From positions 1,504,001 through 1,568,000 of the forward strand of contig CAXXMD010000002.1 of NCBI GenBank assembly GCA_963675755.2: a stretch of DNA of 64,000 nt, written 5' to 3'. The notes beneath the pieces were generated by a model. It did no database searches. It had not been told where the DNA came from and saw only the letters and a list, made by a program, of their open reading frames with translations. Both the position numbers and the translations under genes were made by a program. Position 1 is the first letter of the stretch, and every line of letters starts with the position of its first letter. The stretch comes from a bacterium (GTDB taxonomy: Bacteria > Zhuqueibacterota > Zhuqueibacteria > Residuimicrobiales > Krinioviventaceae). Shown here piece by piece: positions 48,712-57,611 of the stretch.

Positions 48712-51072
48712 TCACTTTGTTACCATCTCTACTTTAAATTCAGACTGGTTTCTAAAGATCACCAGATTCAGCTTTCCTTTCCAGCTAACGCCCTGGTAGA
48801 TACTGAACAAATCTTTAATATTTTCCACGTCTTTATCATCAGCCATGATTATGACATCGCCGTTTTGTAATCCTGTTTTTCCGGCAATCGAGTTTTTTTC
48901 AATACCGTCAATCAGTACACCTGCGGCTTTGCTTAAACCATAAGCGGAACGTTCTCCCTGAGTTGTAATATTTTTGAGCTTTGCGCACATCCACTCTACT
49001 ATTTGCTCATCGGCTTGACCATCGGCATTAACAGACAGCATCAATGGCAATTCCGGGATCTTGGCAATCTTTTTAAAAGCCGGTTTAACAACGCCAAAAC
49101 TGTCCATTGCAAAATTTACAAATCCCAGTTTTAGCGCGGGTGATGTATCTTTGACACGAAAATCATAATTTTGCGGATCAATAAATTGGGGGTCTCCAAA
49201 CGTGCTGTGCATATCTATGTCATGTTCCCTGGCATTTGCAAGCGTTTGCTCGTCCGCAAAAAGATTGTAATCAATCTCTTTGCCCCATCCCAGCATGCGG
49301 TATTCCCGATGTTCAGCAGAAACAATATTTCTCCTAAAAACATCACCGCTGTTTTCAAACCATGCATGCGGATGAAATCCATTATTGACCATGATATTGT
49401 TTTCAACCGTACGGAAAAATCCCTCACGCAGTTTAATACCACCGTTCAAACACAAATTGTTATAAAGATAATAGTTTGACGATCCGTCATCCAGGTCAAT
49501 ATCCCAGCCGTGATCACATCGAAACCGGTTATCATGAATAACCGTGGTGTTTACCGCATCCCAATAGGCCATTTCAGGATTTTTTTGGGTTATTTCATCC
49601 ATTTTATCACGGATCGGCAGCCAAAACCGGTCACGTCCCCAGGAGTTGAACGAACCATGATCACCGGTTTCCAATACTGTATTGAACACATCATTATATT
49701 CAAGCACATGGCCGCCCCAGGTCCCATCTCCTATATTGATACCGGCACGCGGCACATCATATATCGAGTTGTGACTGATGGTAATCCCCATTGACATGGC
49801 AATCTGAATCCCGGCTGTTTGTTTCTCTGTCCGGCCTGTACGGTGTATCAGATTGTTATAGGCAATACAATCTTTTGGATACAGATCATTCTTTGGTCCA
49901 GGCTGGGTGTCCATTTTATCAAGCGGCACATATTCCTTATATTGAAAAGATGGTGAACGTACAGCAGAAGGATCACCAACAAAAAGAATTCCGCTCGCCC
50001 CGCAATCATGAATGTGGTTTCCTGATATGGAAACATTACGATTATAGCCGCTTGTAAAAACAACATTGCCGCCAAGATTAACAAATTCACAATCCTCTAT
50101 TGAACAATTCTCTGCTCCATTAATAAAAACAGCTCCACCACGGTATATGGTCCAGTCACTGCGCAGCAGCGGTTCATATTCCTCCATAAACGTACGCTGT
50201 GTATATTCAAAGGTAATGTTGCTGATCCTGATATTGCGAACCGGGTACTTTTGACTACCCGTAATCTCTATCAGTGATTTTAACACAATCCCTTCAAACA
50301 CAGCGGATTCCAAATCCAGTTCCTTTTCGGGCCAATAATATAACAGATGGGTATCTTTGTCCAGAAACCACTCGCCCGGACTGTCAAGTTCTTCAAAAAC
50401 GTTCTCTACCATTCGATATTCAGGATGCAGTTCCGCATGGCGATTGTTCTGGTGCCCACCGGTTAAAATGGGTTTACCGTTTTCGTCCATACCGGTAATG
50501 ATAAAATGATAATCCCCCCACTCTGACTTGTGCATGGCGTTTACGATCGTTCCAACCGGATTTTTCCAGGATTTTACACGCTCATCCGAGTATGCGTCTG
50601 CAGCGTGTCCCTGAAAATGGCCTCCATTTTCATCATAATTTGGATACCTTGCCAGAATCTGGATTTTACCGTTAACCACCAACTGGTCGAATGAAATATT
50701 CTCATTAACGGGTGCGACATAAACATGCTGATCATATTTCTTCCAGTCAAGATCCAGCACCTGTGATCCTTTGATTTTCACACTTTTGGCATCCTGACCT
50801 GTTATTGTCAGATCACTCAATTCAGCAGGTATACGAACAAGCCTGTTTAAATGATACTCGCCTAGCATTAAATGAATGGTAATGGGACGCGTATCACCAA
50901 TTTTTCTATACTCAAAAGCTTTAAGGATGGCTTTTTGTATATCGAAAAATGGGGCATTCTCTTTACCGGAATTACTATTCTTGCCAGCTGGAGAAACATA
51001 AATATCATTACTATATAGAATTACGGGAAATATAAATAGTATGAATAATAAACGAATGCTTTTCTTTTTCAT
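48712..51072 (-). CDS. secreted right-handed beta-helix protein (GH141-related) with C-terminal PDZ domain
   Basis: IYVSPAG, LARYPN, ELDSPGEWFLD, ITISHNSIYDVPRAGINIG, IDLDDGSS; PDZ-like GVLID..SIAGKTGLQNGDVII. Confidence 0.8.
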   Translation of the reverse strand: MKKKSIRLLFILFIFPVILYSNDIYVSPAGKNSNSGKENAPFFDIQKAILKAFEYRKIGDTRPITIHLMLGEYHLNRLVRIPAELSDLTITGQDAKSVKIKGSQVLDLDWKKYDQHVYVAPVNENISFDQLVVNGKIQILARYPNYDENGGHFQGHAADAYSDERVKSWKNPVGTIVNAMHKSEWGDYHFIITGMDENGKPILTGGHQNNRHAELHPEYRMVENVFEELDSPGEWFLDKDTHLLYYWPEKELDLESAVFEGIVLKSLIEITGSQKYPVRNIRISNITFEYTQRTFMEEYEPLLRSDWTIYRGGAVFINGAENCSIEDCEFVNLGGNVVFTSGYNRNVSISGNHIHDCGASGILFVGDPSAVRSPSFQYKEYVPLDKMDTQPGPKNDLYPKDCIAYNNLIHRTGRTEKQTAGIQIAMSMGITISHNSIYDVPRAGINIGDGTWGGHVLEYNDVFNTVLETGDHGSFNSWGRDRFWLPIRDKMDEITQKNPEMAYWDAVNTTVIHDNRFRCDHGWDIDLDDGSSNYYLYNNLCLNGGIKLREGFFRTVENNIMVNNGFHPHAWFENSGDVFRRNIVSAEHREYRMLGWGKEIDYNLFADEQTLANAREHDIDMHSTFGDPQFIDPQNYDFRVKDTSPALKLGFVNFAMDSFGVVKPAFKKIAKIPELPLMLSVNADGQADEQIVEWMCAKLKNITTQGERSAYGLSKAAGVLIDGIEKNSIAGKTGLQNGDVIIMADDKDVENIKDLFSIYQGVSWKGKLNLVIFRNQSEFKVEMVTK

Positions 51073-51187
51073 GTTTTCAGAATCCTTGCTATAATCATTT
51101 TAGCTGAATGGGTTTACTAAATCAATACAGGTATGCTTTATAAATGAATCTGTACATTTCCCGGTATCAACCGGGGTAAAAAATGTA

Positions 51188-51708
51188 CTCGTTCCGAAAA
51201 TCTTGTTTAGAAATGCAATAATTCGGATCAACGCTGTTTATTCTAATTCCTGCATCTCTGATTATTTGATATTCGTACCCATGCAGAACCAGGGTATGAG
51301 AAAACGGGACAAATGTCCCGCCTAATATTACACGATGCATAAATATGCATCGCGATCAATAACAAAAATGCCGGTTGCTGAGTGCGAGACCGCCAATTGG
51401 CGGTCGAGTGTATCGAAGCACCGGCGTTTTGAGAAATATTCACTAACCGATATTACGATATTTTTAAACTGGCCCTAATCCTTCGATACGTCCGCCAACT
51501 GGCGTCCTACTCAGGAACCGGGCCAGTACTTGTTTTTAATCGTTCCCAAGCTCTTGTTTAGAAATGCGATAATACGGATAAACGCTGTTTATTCTGATTC
51601 CTGCAATCCTGGTCATACTTTTCTCGTACCCATGCAGAGTCAGGGTACGAGAAAACGGGACAAATGTCCCGCCTAATATTACAGGATGCTTAAATATGCA
51701 TCGCGATC
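51188..51708. repeat. mosaic palindromic repeat cluster F: two ~170-bp direct repeats flanking an inverted doublet
   Basis: Units 51188-51357 and 51540-51708; inverted doublet 51367-51527 nearly identical to 44651-44809. Confidence 0.92.
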
Positions 51709-51722
51709 ATTCCAGTAAAAAC

Positions 51723-52883
51723 CTACTTCCACTGAATCAGCACACTCTTGGCCGTATCAGCTTCGGATGCAATAATCACCAGATCATCCGTAACATTATG
51801 CTTGGGACCGGTGGCATTGTTCAACTGTGCATCGATGGCAATCTCTGCAGGACTAAAATCAATCACATCCGCATCAGATTTGCGGACTTTGATTCTGTGA
51901 TGTAATGAGTAAAACAGCAACACATCATTCGTCAATTCATTCAGGCAGATAATCCCGCGGGTGCCATCATCGTCTACATACACCAGATCATCCCAGGTTC
52001 CGTTAGAATGGCGGCGTAGAAATGCAATCTTTGGATATCCTTTTGTGTCATAACTGGTTTTGACAGATACGAAAAGCGTTCCATCATTAGCCACACACAT
52101 ATTTAAATGATCATCGGCCATACCGTCACCAATTTCATCCAACGCGGATTGAGAAGCGGGCTGCTCGTCCATAGACCAGGTTTCGGGAGCGTCTCCGTCT
52201 TTATGCATGCGGAAACCAAAGCGTTTGGTATCTTGATTAGACCACAATACCGCAATCTTTTTTCCGGGTAATGCCGTTAACGCGCAAATATCATCTTTAT
52301 AAATATCATTTGCAAGAGGAACCGGGGCACTCCATTCAGTATACGGAGCGTCACTGTAAATCACCATTACATCATGCAGGGTATCAAATGCGCTCCATAG
52401 ACGACCGTTAGAATCCATATCCATAGACGCGGCTTCAGTATCCGGATGATAGGTAATTGGAGAAATTTCCGGTCTTTGCTCCCACATTTTATATTTACCG
52501 GAGGCTTTATCATATTGGACAGAAACCAGACCTGAATATTCTCCTCTGAACAGCAGGATATGCGCCAGATCATTAACAGATTTTACATCTGCGTGACTGT
52601 CGGTCCAATCTGCAATACGCAATGTCTTTTGCCATTGCGTAGCGTTTAATTTCCATATAAATGTGCCTTCTGAATCCGGTAAAACAGCCCACCAGGTATT
52701 GTCGTATTTCCATACTTTGGATTGGGGCTTGAATTCGGTATTGGCAGAAATTTTGACCGGATCCAGATCAGTGATCTTGTATTCCATCTTTTGAGGACCT
52801 GCAGAGCAATTTAAAAACAACAATGCAGCTAAAATTCCTGTTAAAATACAAGACATGAAAATTTTTGTTCTTTTCAACTTCAT
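51723..52883 (-). CDS. hypothetical lipoprotein, probable beta-propeller
   Basis: Lipobox FLNC; KPQSKVW, DSNGRLW, ADDHLN; Trp/Asp-rich blade-like repeats. Confidence 0.72.
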   Translation of the reverse strand: MKLKRTKIFMSCILTGILAALLFLNCSAGPQKMEYKITDLDPVKISANTEFKPQSKVWKYDNTWWAVLPDSEGTFIWKLNATQWQKTLRIADWTDSHADVKSVNDLAHILLFRGEYSGLVSVQYDKASGKYKMWEQRPEISPITYHPDTEAASMDMDSNGRLWSAFDTLHDVMVIYSDAPYTEWSAPVPLANDIYKDDICALTALPGKKIAVLWSNQDTKRFGFRMHKDGDAPETWSMDEQPASQSALDEIGDGMADDHLNMCVANDGTLFVSVKTSYDTKGYPKIAFLRRHSNGTWDDLVYVDDDGTRGIICLNELTNDVLLFYSLHHRIKVRKSDADVIDFSPAEIAIDAQLNNATGPKHNVTDDLVIIASEADTAKSVLIQWK

Positions 52884-52945
52884 AATATCATTCCCATCAG
52901 TTAATACTATTGACTACAAGATACAAAATCAGACAGAAATCTGAT

Positions 52946-54991
52946 TTATTTATTCATACGTTTATAGGTGATCAATTGTGAACCGGGATTATCAAGAATA
53001 CGGATTTCAATACCGTTTTTCAATTCACTCCCGGATTTTGTACAAATTGCACCATTATTTTCATAACATAGTTCATAATTACTATCATCTTTCAATCCCT
53101 GCAATGATATAGAATATGCAATATCATTACATCTGGGACGGCGAAAGACCAGAACCATTCCGGTTCCATCCTCTATTTGATGGAACTGATACGCCATCCA
53201 TCTGTCATGACGGGTAGAGTACTCGGTCAATGGATAAAAATCGCCCTTAAAATTGGACCGGATCTTTTTATATTCATCATATATGAATCTGGCTCTATCT
53301 TGAGGAAAATTGTTTTCATACAAATTCCATCCTGTCACCATAGATGCAGAATAGGTACTGCGTGCCACATACATATCCTGTACGGTACTACCGGTACCGT
53401 GCTGGGGAAAATAAAAAGACAATCCGTATGTATGGTTCTGACGACCGGTGGGCTCGGTGTAATTGTAATCCGAGCGCCAAAGCGCAACACTGCGCGAAAT
53501 CATCTCGAGGTCCAAACGCCTGCCGCCGCTGGCACAATTATCAATCACCAGTCCGGGATGCCGTTCCAGTAACTCGTCCCAAAAGGCATACAGTCCTTCA
53601 ATATGACGGATTTCGGTCATGCCCTGCCTGTCAGGTGCGTCAAGAGAGCGCCAATAGTCCAGGGGACGAATATTAAAATCCTGCCGATACAGATCAACAC
53701 CGTTTTCCTCGATCAGTGTAGAGATCAGATCGGTCATCCACTGACGGGCCTCCCGTATGCCGAGATTGAAAATACCATTGCTATCATCAAAATTGCGTTT
53801 AATTACCCATTCGGGATGTTCTGTATCTACCCACGTTCCTTTATAAACACGCTCCGGTTCAAACCAGAGAATAAATTTGAGCCCCATCTTTTCAACTGCG
53901 TCTGCCACCGGTTTCAGGCTGTTGGGGAAATGCTCTTTACGGATATACCAGTTGCCCACATTCTGGTGCCAGGTACCTTTTTGAAAATCCATACTGCCAT
54001 ACCAGCCGGCATCGATCCACCAATACTCAGCCTGAAGCCCGAATTGTTGATAGCGTTCTGCCAGTGCAATCATGTTGTGCTCTGTAGCCAGCGTAAACTC
54101 TTCAAACATGAACGCGCCGCCATTGCACGCCAACGGTCCGGTATAGGGTTTACCCTCCAGTTGCGGTGTATGATGAGCCAAAACAAACTGTCTAAACAAG
54201 TTGTGACCGCGCATACGGTCATCTCCCTGCCAGAATAGCAGTAATATCCTCGGGGTACGAATGCATTCACCGGGATACAAAACGAGATGTGTCTTCTCCA
54301 TCCCCGCGCTGAATTCAACACCCTTTTCATCTTTTCTGCTAAAAACGGATTGCCACTGTCCGGTCCAGCCAACCGCAGCCATTACACCCCGGTCTCCTGC
54401 CTGCAGATTAAAAAACGGTAACGCAGTCTCATCGGATGACCGTCCGCCTTTTGGGGCCAGTACCAACTCGGAATGGGGTTTCAGTTCATTTATTAACGGG
54501 GCAAAATCATTTTCTCCATGATTGCTGCCCAAAGCGTGGTGTAATACAAATTCATTGCGATCATTAAAAAGCTGCAAATCCGCTGCCTGAATATTCTCCA
54601 GAATAGGCGTGTTAGTTGTACCGGTATTCTCAAACTCGAGCACCCACTCTACCGCGGGGAAATCCGCATACACATCCGCGCTGCAATGAATGACAAGCCC
54701 GGTTTTGGAATCTTTAAAAGTAAGGATATATTTTGTAATATTGTTACCGGCTTTAGATTTATCAAGCGAAAGCTTCCAATCCTTCAAAAGTGCATCGGAT
54801 GCCTGATTATCATATTGAAATGAAAAAAACGGAGTTAATTCTGTTGACAGGTGATCAGCAACCCACTGTTCAAGCATTTCTTTTTCAGCTTTGGAATTAT
54901 CATCAGTTATCTCTGCTTTTAATGAAACAAAGCTTATTAGTATAATTAATAAAACAAATATTCTATGCTTCAAATCCAGGTCCGATAACAT
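52946..54991 (-). CDS. alpha-galactosidase, GH36
   Basis: WWIDAGWY, LWFEPERV, YRQDFN, IDNCASGGRRLD, LWRSD. Confidence 0.92.
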   Translation of the reverse strand: MLSDLDLKHRIFVLLIILISFVSLKAEITDDNSKAEKEMLEQWVADHLSTELTPFFSFQYDNQASDALLKDWKLSLDKSKAGNNITKYILTFKDSKTGLVIHCSADVYADFPAVEWVLEFENTGTTNTPILENIQAADLQLFNDRNEFVLHHALGSNHGENDFAPLINELKPHSELVLAPKGGRSSDETALPFFNLQAGDRGVMAAVGWTGQWQSVFSRKDEKGVEFSAGMEKTHLVLYPGECIRTPRILLLFWQGDDRMRGHNLFRQFVLAHHTPQLEGKPYTGPLACNGGAFMFEEFTLATEHNMIALAERYQQFGLQAEYWWIDAGWYGSMDFQKGTWHQNVGNWYIRKEHFPNSLKPVADAVEKMGLKFILWFEPERVYKGTWVDTEHPEWVIKRNFDDSNGIFNLGIREARQWMTDLISTLIEENGVDLYRQDFNIRPLDYWRSLDAPDRQGMTEIRHIEGLYAFWDELLERHPGLVIDNCASGGRRLDLEMISRSVALWRSDYNYTEPTGRQNHTYGLSFYFPQHGTGSTVQDMYVARSTYSASMVTGWNLYENNFPQDRARFIYDEYKKIRSNFKGDFYPLTEYSTRHDRWMAYQFHQIEDGTGMVLVFRRPRCNDIAYSISLQGLKDDSNYELCYENNGAICTKSGSELKNGIEIRILDNPGSQLITYKRMNK

Positions 54992-55039
54992 AACAGCACT
55001 CCTTAAAAGAAATCATACAATAATCAAAAAATATTTTAA

Positions 55040-55648
55040 TCAGGCTTTGAATCGATATAGATAAAAACGGTACAAAAACCAGAATAATACGCCCTGACTG
55101 ATCAGAAAATAAACCAACATTCCCTGATAAAAGCCGGGTGAATGTTCTGTCATGAATCCGGTAAAATAATAACGTCCAAATTCAATCAGTACCCATAACG
55201 CTTTTAATATTTCTATAGCCAGAACTATTGTTAATACATTTGTTGCTTTTACCAATTCTGTTTCTTTAACAGGTAATTGTTTTTTATAAAAGATCAACAC
55301 TATTAAAAACAAAATTGAAACAAGAGCACCCAAGCCCAATCTCATAAACCTGCTGTCTATTGGACCCAATACGTTGATAACAAAAGGTATATTTAACAAA
55401 AGCGTTACCAGGTGACAAACAATTAGAGCTTTGAACCAGGATTTTAAAGGACTTTTTTCTGCCTGATCCAGAAAAAATAAAATCAGAAAAATAAAAACAA
55501 CTATTTTTGACAACTGTGTAAGAATTTTAGTAATACTCGCAACACCTGAACTCTCGAATAATACAGGTGCAATACCATGGCCCAGCTTGTTTAACATAGT
55601 ATAAACGATAACAAGCATGAAAACGATTGTCATATTTTTTAAATTCAT
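55040..55648 (-). CDS. hypothetical multi-pass membrane protein
   Basis: About six hydrophobic segments; AGGGG RBS before MNLK. Confidence 0.7.
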   Translation of the reverse strand: MNLKNMTIVFMLVIVYTMLNKLGHGIAPVLFESSGVASITKILTQLSKIVVFIFLILFFLDQAEKSPLKSWFKALIVCHLVTLLLNIPFVINVLGPIDSRFMRLGLGALVSILFLIVLIFYKKQLPVKETELVKATNVLTIVLAIEILKALWVLIEFGRYYFTGFMTEHSPGFYQGMLVYFLISQGVLFWFLYRFYLYRFKA

Positions 55649-55705
55649 GATATCCCCTTTTAATATATAAAACGATATTAAAAGTTTTACACCTGGCAAA
55701 TGAGT

Positions 55706-56506
55706 TTATTCGTTCAGATTTTCACGGATATACTCGGGGCGATTGGTGGTAATTGAACCCGCTCCCCAGGACTTGAAGCGATTGGCTATATCCGTGTCAT
55801 CCACCGTCCATACATGATATTCGTACCCTGTTTTTTTAAAAGCATCGATAAAATCTTTATCAATCAGCTTGTGGCTGGAACTGAATCCTGTAGCTTTTAT
55901 CTCATTTAATGTTGCCAGTACAGATTCTAATGTAGGCGTTACAACACCGTCATCATCCTCATCAAATCCGCTCAACCAGTTTGCTTTGAATTGCGGTGCT
56001 TTTTCACGCATTGCCTTGATCACGGATTCATTGAATGAAATAATCACAATCTGTTCGTCTTTTAATCCTGATTTTTCAATCTCTTTCAACATTGCAGGAA
56101 TGATCTCGGAACCGCATTTAATCTCGATATAGATCATTTTTCCATCCGGTACCACATCCAGAACCTGTTTCAGCGTAGGAATACGGGTACCTTTGAATTT
56201 TTCATCCTTCCAGGCACCTGCATCCAGATCGCGTAACTGATCATAACTGCAATCTTTAATCTCCAGATCAACACCGGTAACGCGTTTGAGGTTACCATCA
56301 TGAAAACAGACGATTTTGCCGTCTGTGGTCAGGTAAAAGTCGCCTTCAATAGCATCTGCATTTTTTTGCCAGGCAAGTTCAAAAGCAGGAATGGTGTTTT
56401 CGGGGGCATCATGAGATGCGCCACGATGCGCGACGATCAAGGGTTCTTGAGAATAACTATAAATAATTAATAGTAATAAAATAGCAATAGTAAATCGAAT
56501 TTTCAT
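55706..56506 (-). CDS. glycerophosphodiester phosphodiesterase
   Basis: IVAHRGAS..APENT, IEGD, FHD, IEIK, ISF, VWTVD, ITTNRP. Confidence 0.95.
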   Translation of the reverse strand: MKIRFTIAILLLLIIYSYSQEPLIVAHRGASHDAPENTIPAFELAWQKNADAIEGDFYLTTDGKIVCFHDGNLKRVTGVDLEIKDCSYDQLRDLDAGAWKDEKFKGTRIPTLKQVLDVVPDGKMIYIEIKCGSEIIPAMLKEIEKSGLKDEQIVIISFNESVIKAMREKAPQFKANWLSGFDEDDDGVVTPTLESVLATLNEIKATGFSSSHKLIDKDFIDAFKKTGYEYHVWTVDDTDIANRFKSWGAGSITTNRPEYIRENLNE

Positions 56507-56927
56507 GGTTAATGTTCCTCTCATTCTGAAATAGTATCTGAATATATGAATATAGTTTTTATCAAATATTGTCTTCCTGAATAGACTAAAAAATTTAGTG
56601 ATAAAACATTATTGACAAATCATTGCCAACAATAAACAAATAATAAAAGGTATGAATATAGCAATTAATACATTTTTTAAGAAAAATGCAAGTTTATTAA
56701 AAACCGTATATTCGACACACTCGATATAATTGCATATAATGAATTAATCAACAATAACACAATCTAAAGTAACTGCTTGAAATGGTTCAATACCAATTTC
56801 AAATTTTATGCTTTTAAAAGATTGAATTTAGCAAATATGTTATTTATTTCCTTACAAAAAATTATGAATAAATTAAGTAGGGATTTAAAGCAAAAAAAGT
56901 AAATTGTACACAGTAGGAGATAATAAT

Positions 56928-57611
56928 ATGAAAATATTAATCATTGAAGATGAAAAAAAGGTCGCCATAGCATTAAAAGAAGGCCTTACAAATCTGGAAT
57001 TTGAGGCAGAAACTGCCTTTAGCGGCGAAGAGGGTTTTTTTCTATTAAACACCAAAAAGTATGATTTATTAATCCTTGACATTATGCTCCCGGGACGAGA
57101 TGGAATTGAAATCCTTAAAGCTTTGCGTAATCAGGGCAACAATATGCCGGTACTGCTTCTTACAGCCAAAGATGCAATTGAAGACAGGGTTCTGGGCTTG
57201 GAAAGCGGTGCAGACGATTATCTGGTTAAACCGTTTGCATTTCCTGAACTGACCGCGCGTATTCGCGTCTTGTTACGTCGTGGTAATACGGACTTGAAAA
57301 CCCGGTTGACCCTTGCGGGATTGGAAATGGACCTTTTGGCCCGTAAAGTGTCAAGGGACCAGAAACCAATAAACCTTACAGGGAAAGAATTTGAATTACT
57401 CGAATACCTTCTCAAACATACGGGATGCCTGGTTTCACGCGAAATGCTTGCCAAAGATGTTTGGCATGAAACTCTACGTGCTACACCTATTGATAATGTT
57501 ATTGATGTTCATATTACCCGTCTGCGTAAAAAGATTGATGGGCCGTTTGAAACAAAACTTTTGCACACTATCCGGGGCTTGGGATTCAAGATGGAGGTGC
57601 ATAATTCATGA
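56928..57611 (+). CDS. OmpR-family response regulator (CusR/CzcR-like)
   Basis: ILIIEDE, LDIMLPG, LTAKD, GADDYLVKPF, winged helix NVIDVHITRLRKKID..HTIRGLG. Confidence 0.95.
   Translation: MKILIIEDEKKVAIALKEGLTNLEFEAETAFSGEEGFFLLNTKKYDLLILDIMLPGRDGIEILKALRNQGNNMPVLLLTAKDAIEDRVLGLESGADDYLVKPFAFPELTARIRVLLRRGNTDLKTRLTLAGLEMDLLARKVSRDQKPINLTGKEFELLEYLLKHTGCLVSREMLAKDVWHETLRATPIDNVIDVHITRLRKKIDGPFETKLLHTIRGLGFKMEVHNS

Noticed and set aside
42511-51708. Repeat clusters as a CRISPR array
   Set aside because: Repeats are not regularly spaced by 30-40 nt unique spacers; they are composite and separated by whole genes; no cas genes in the window
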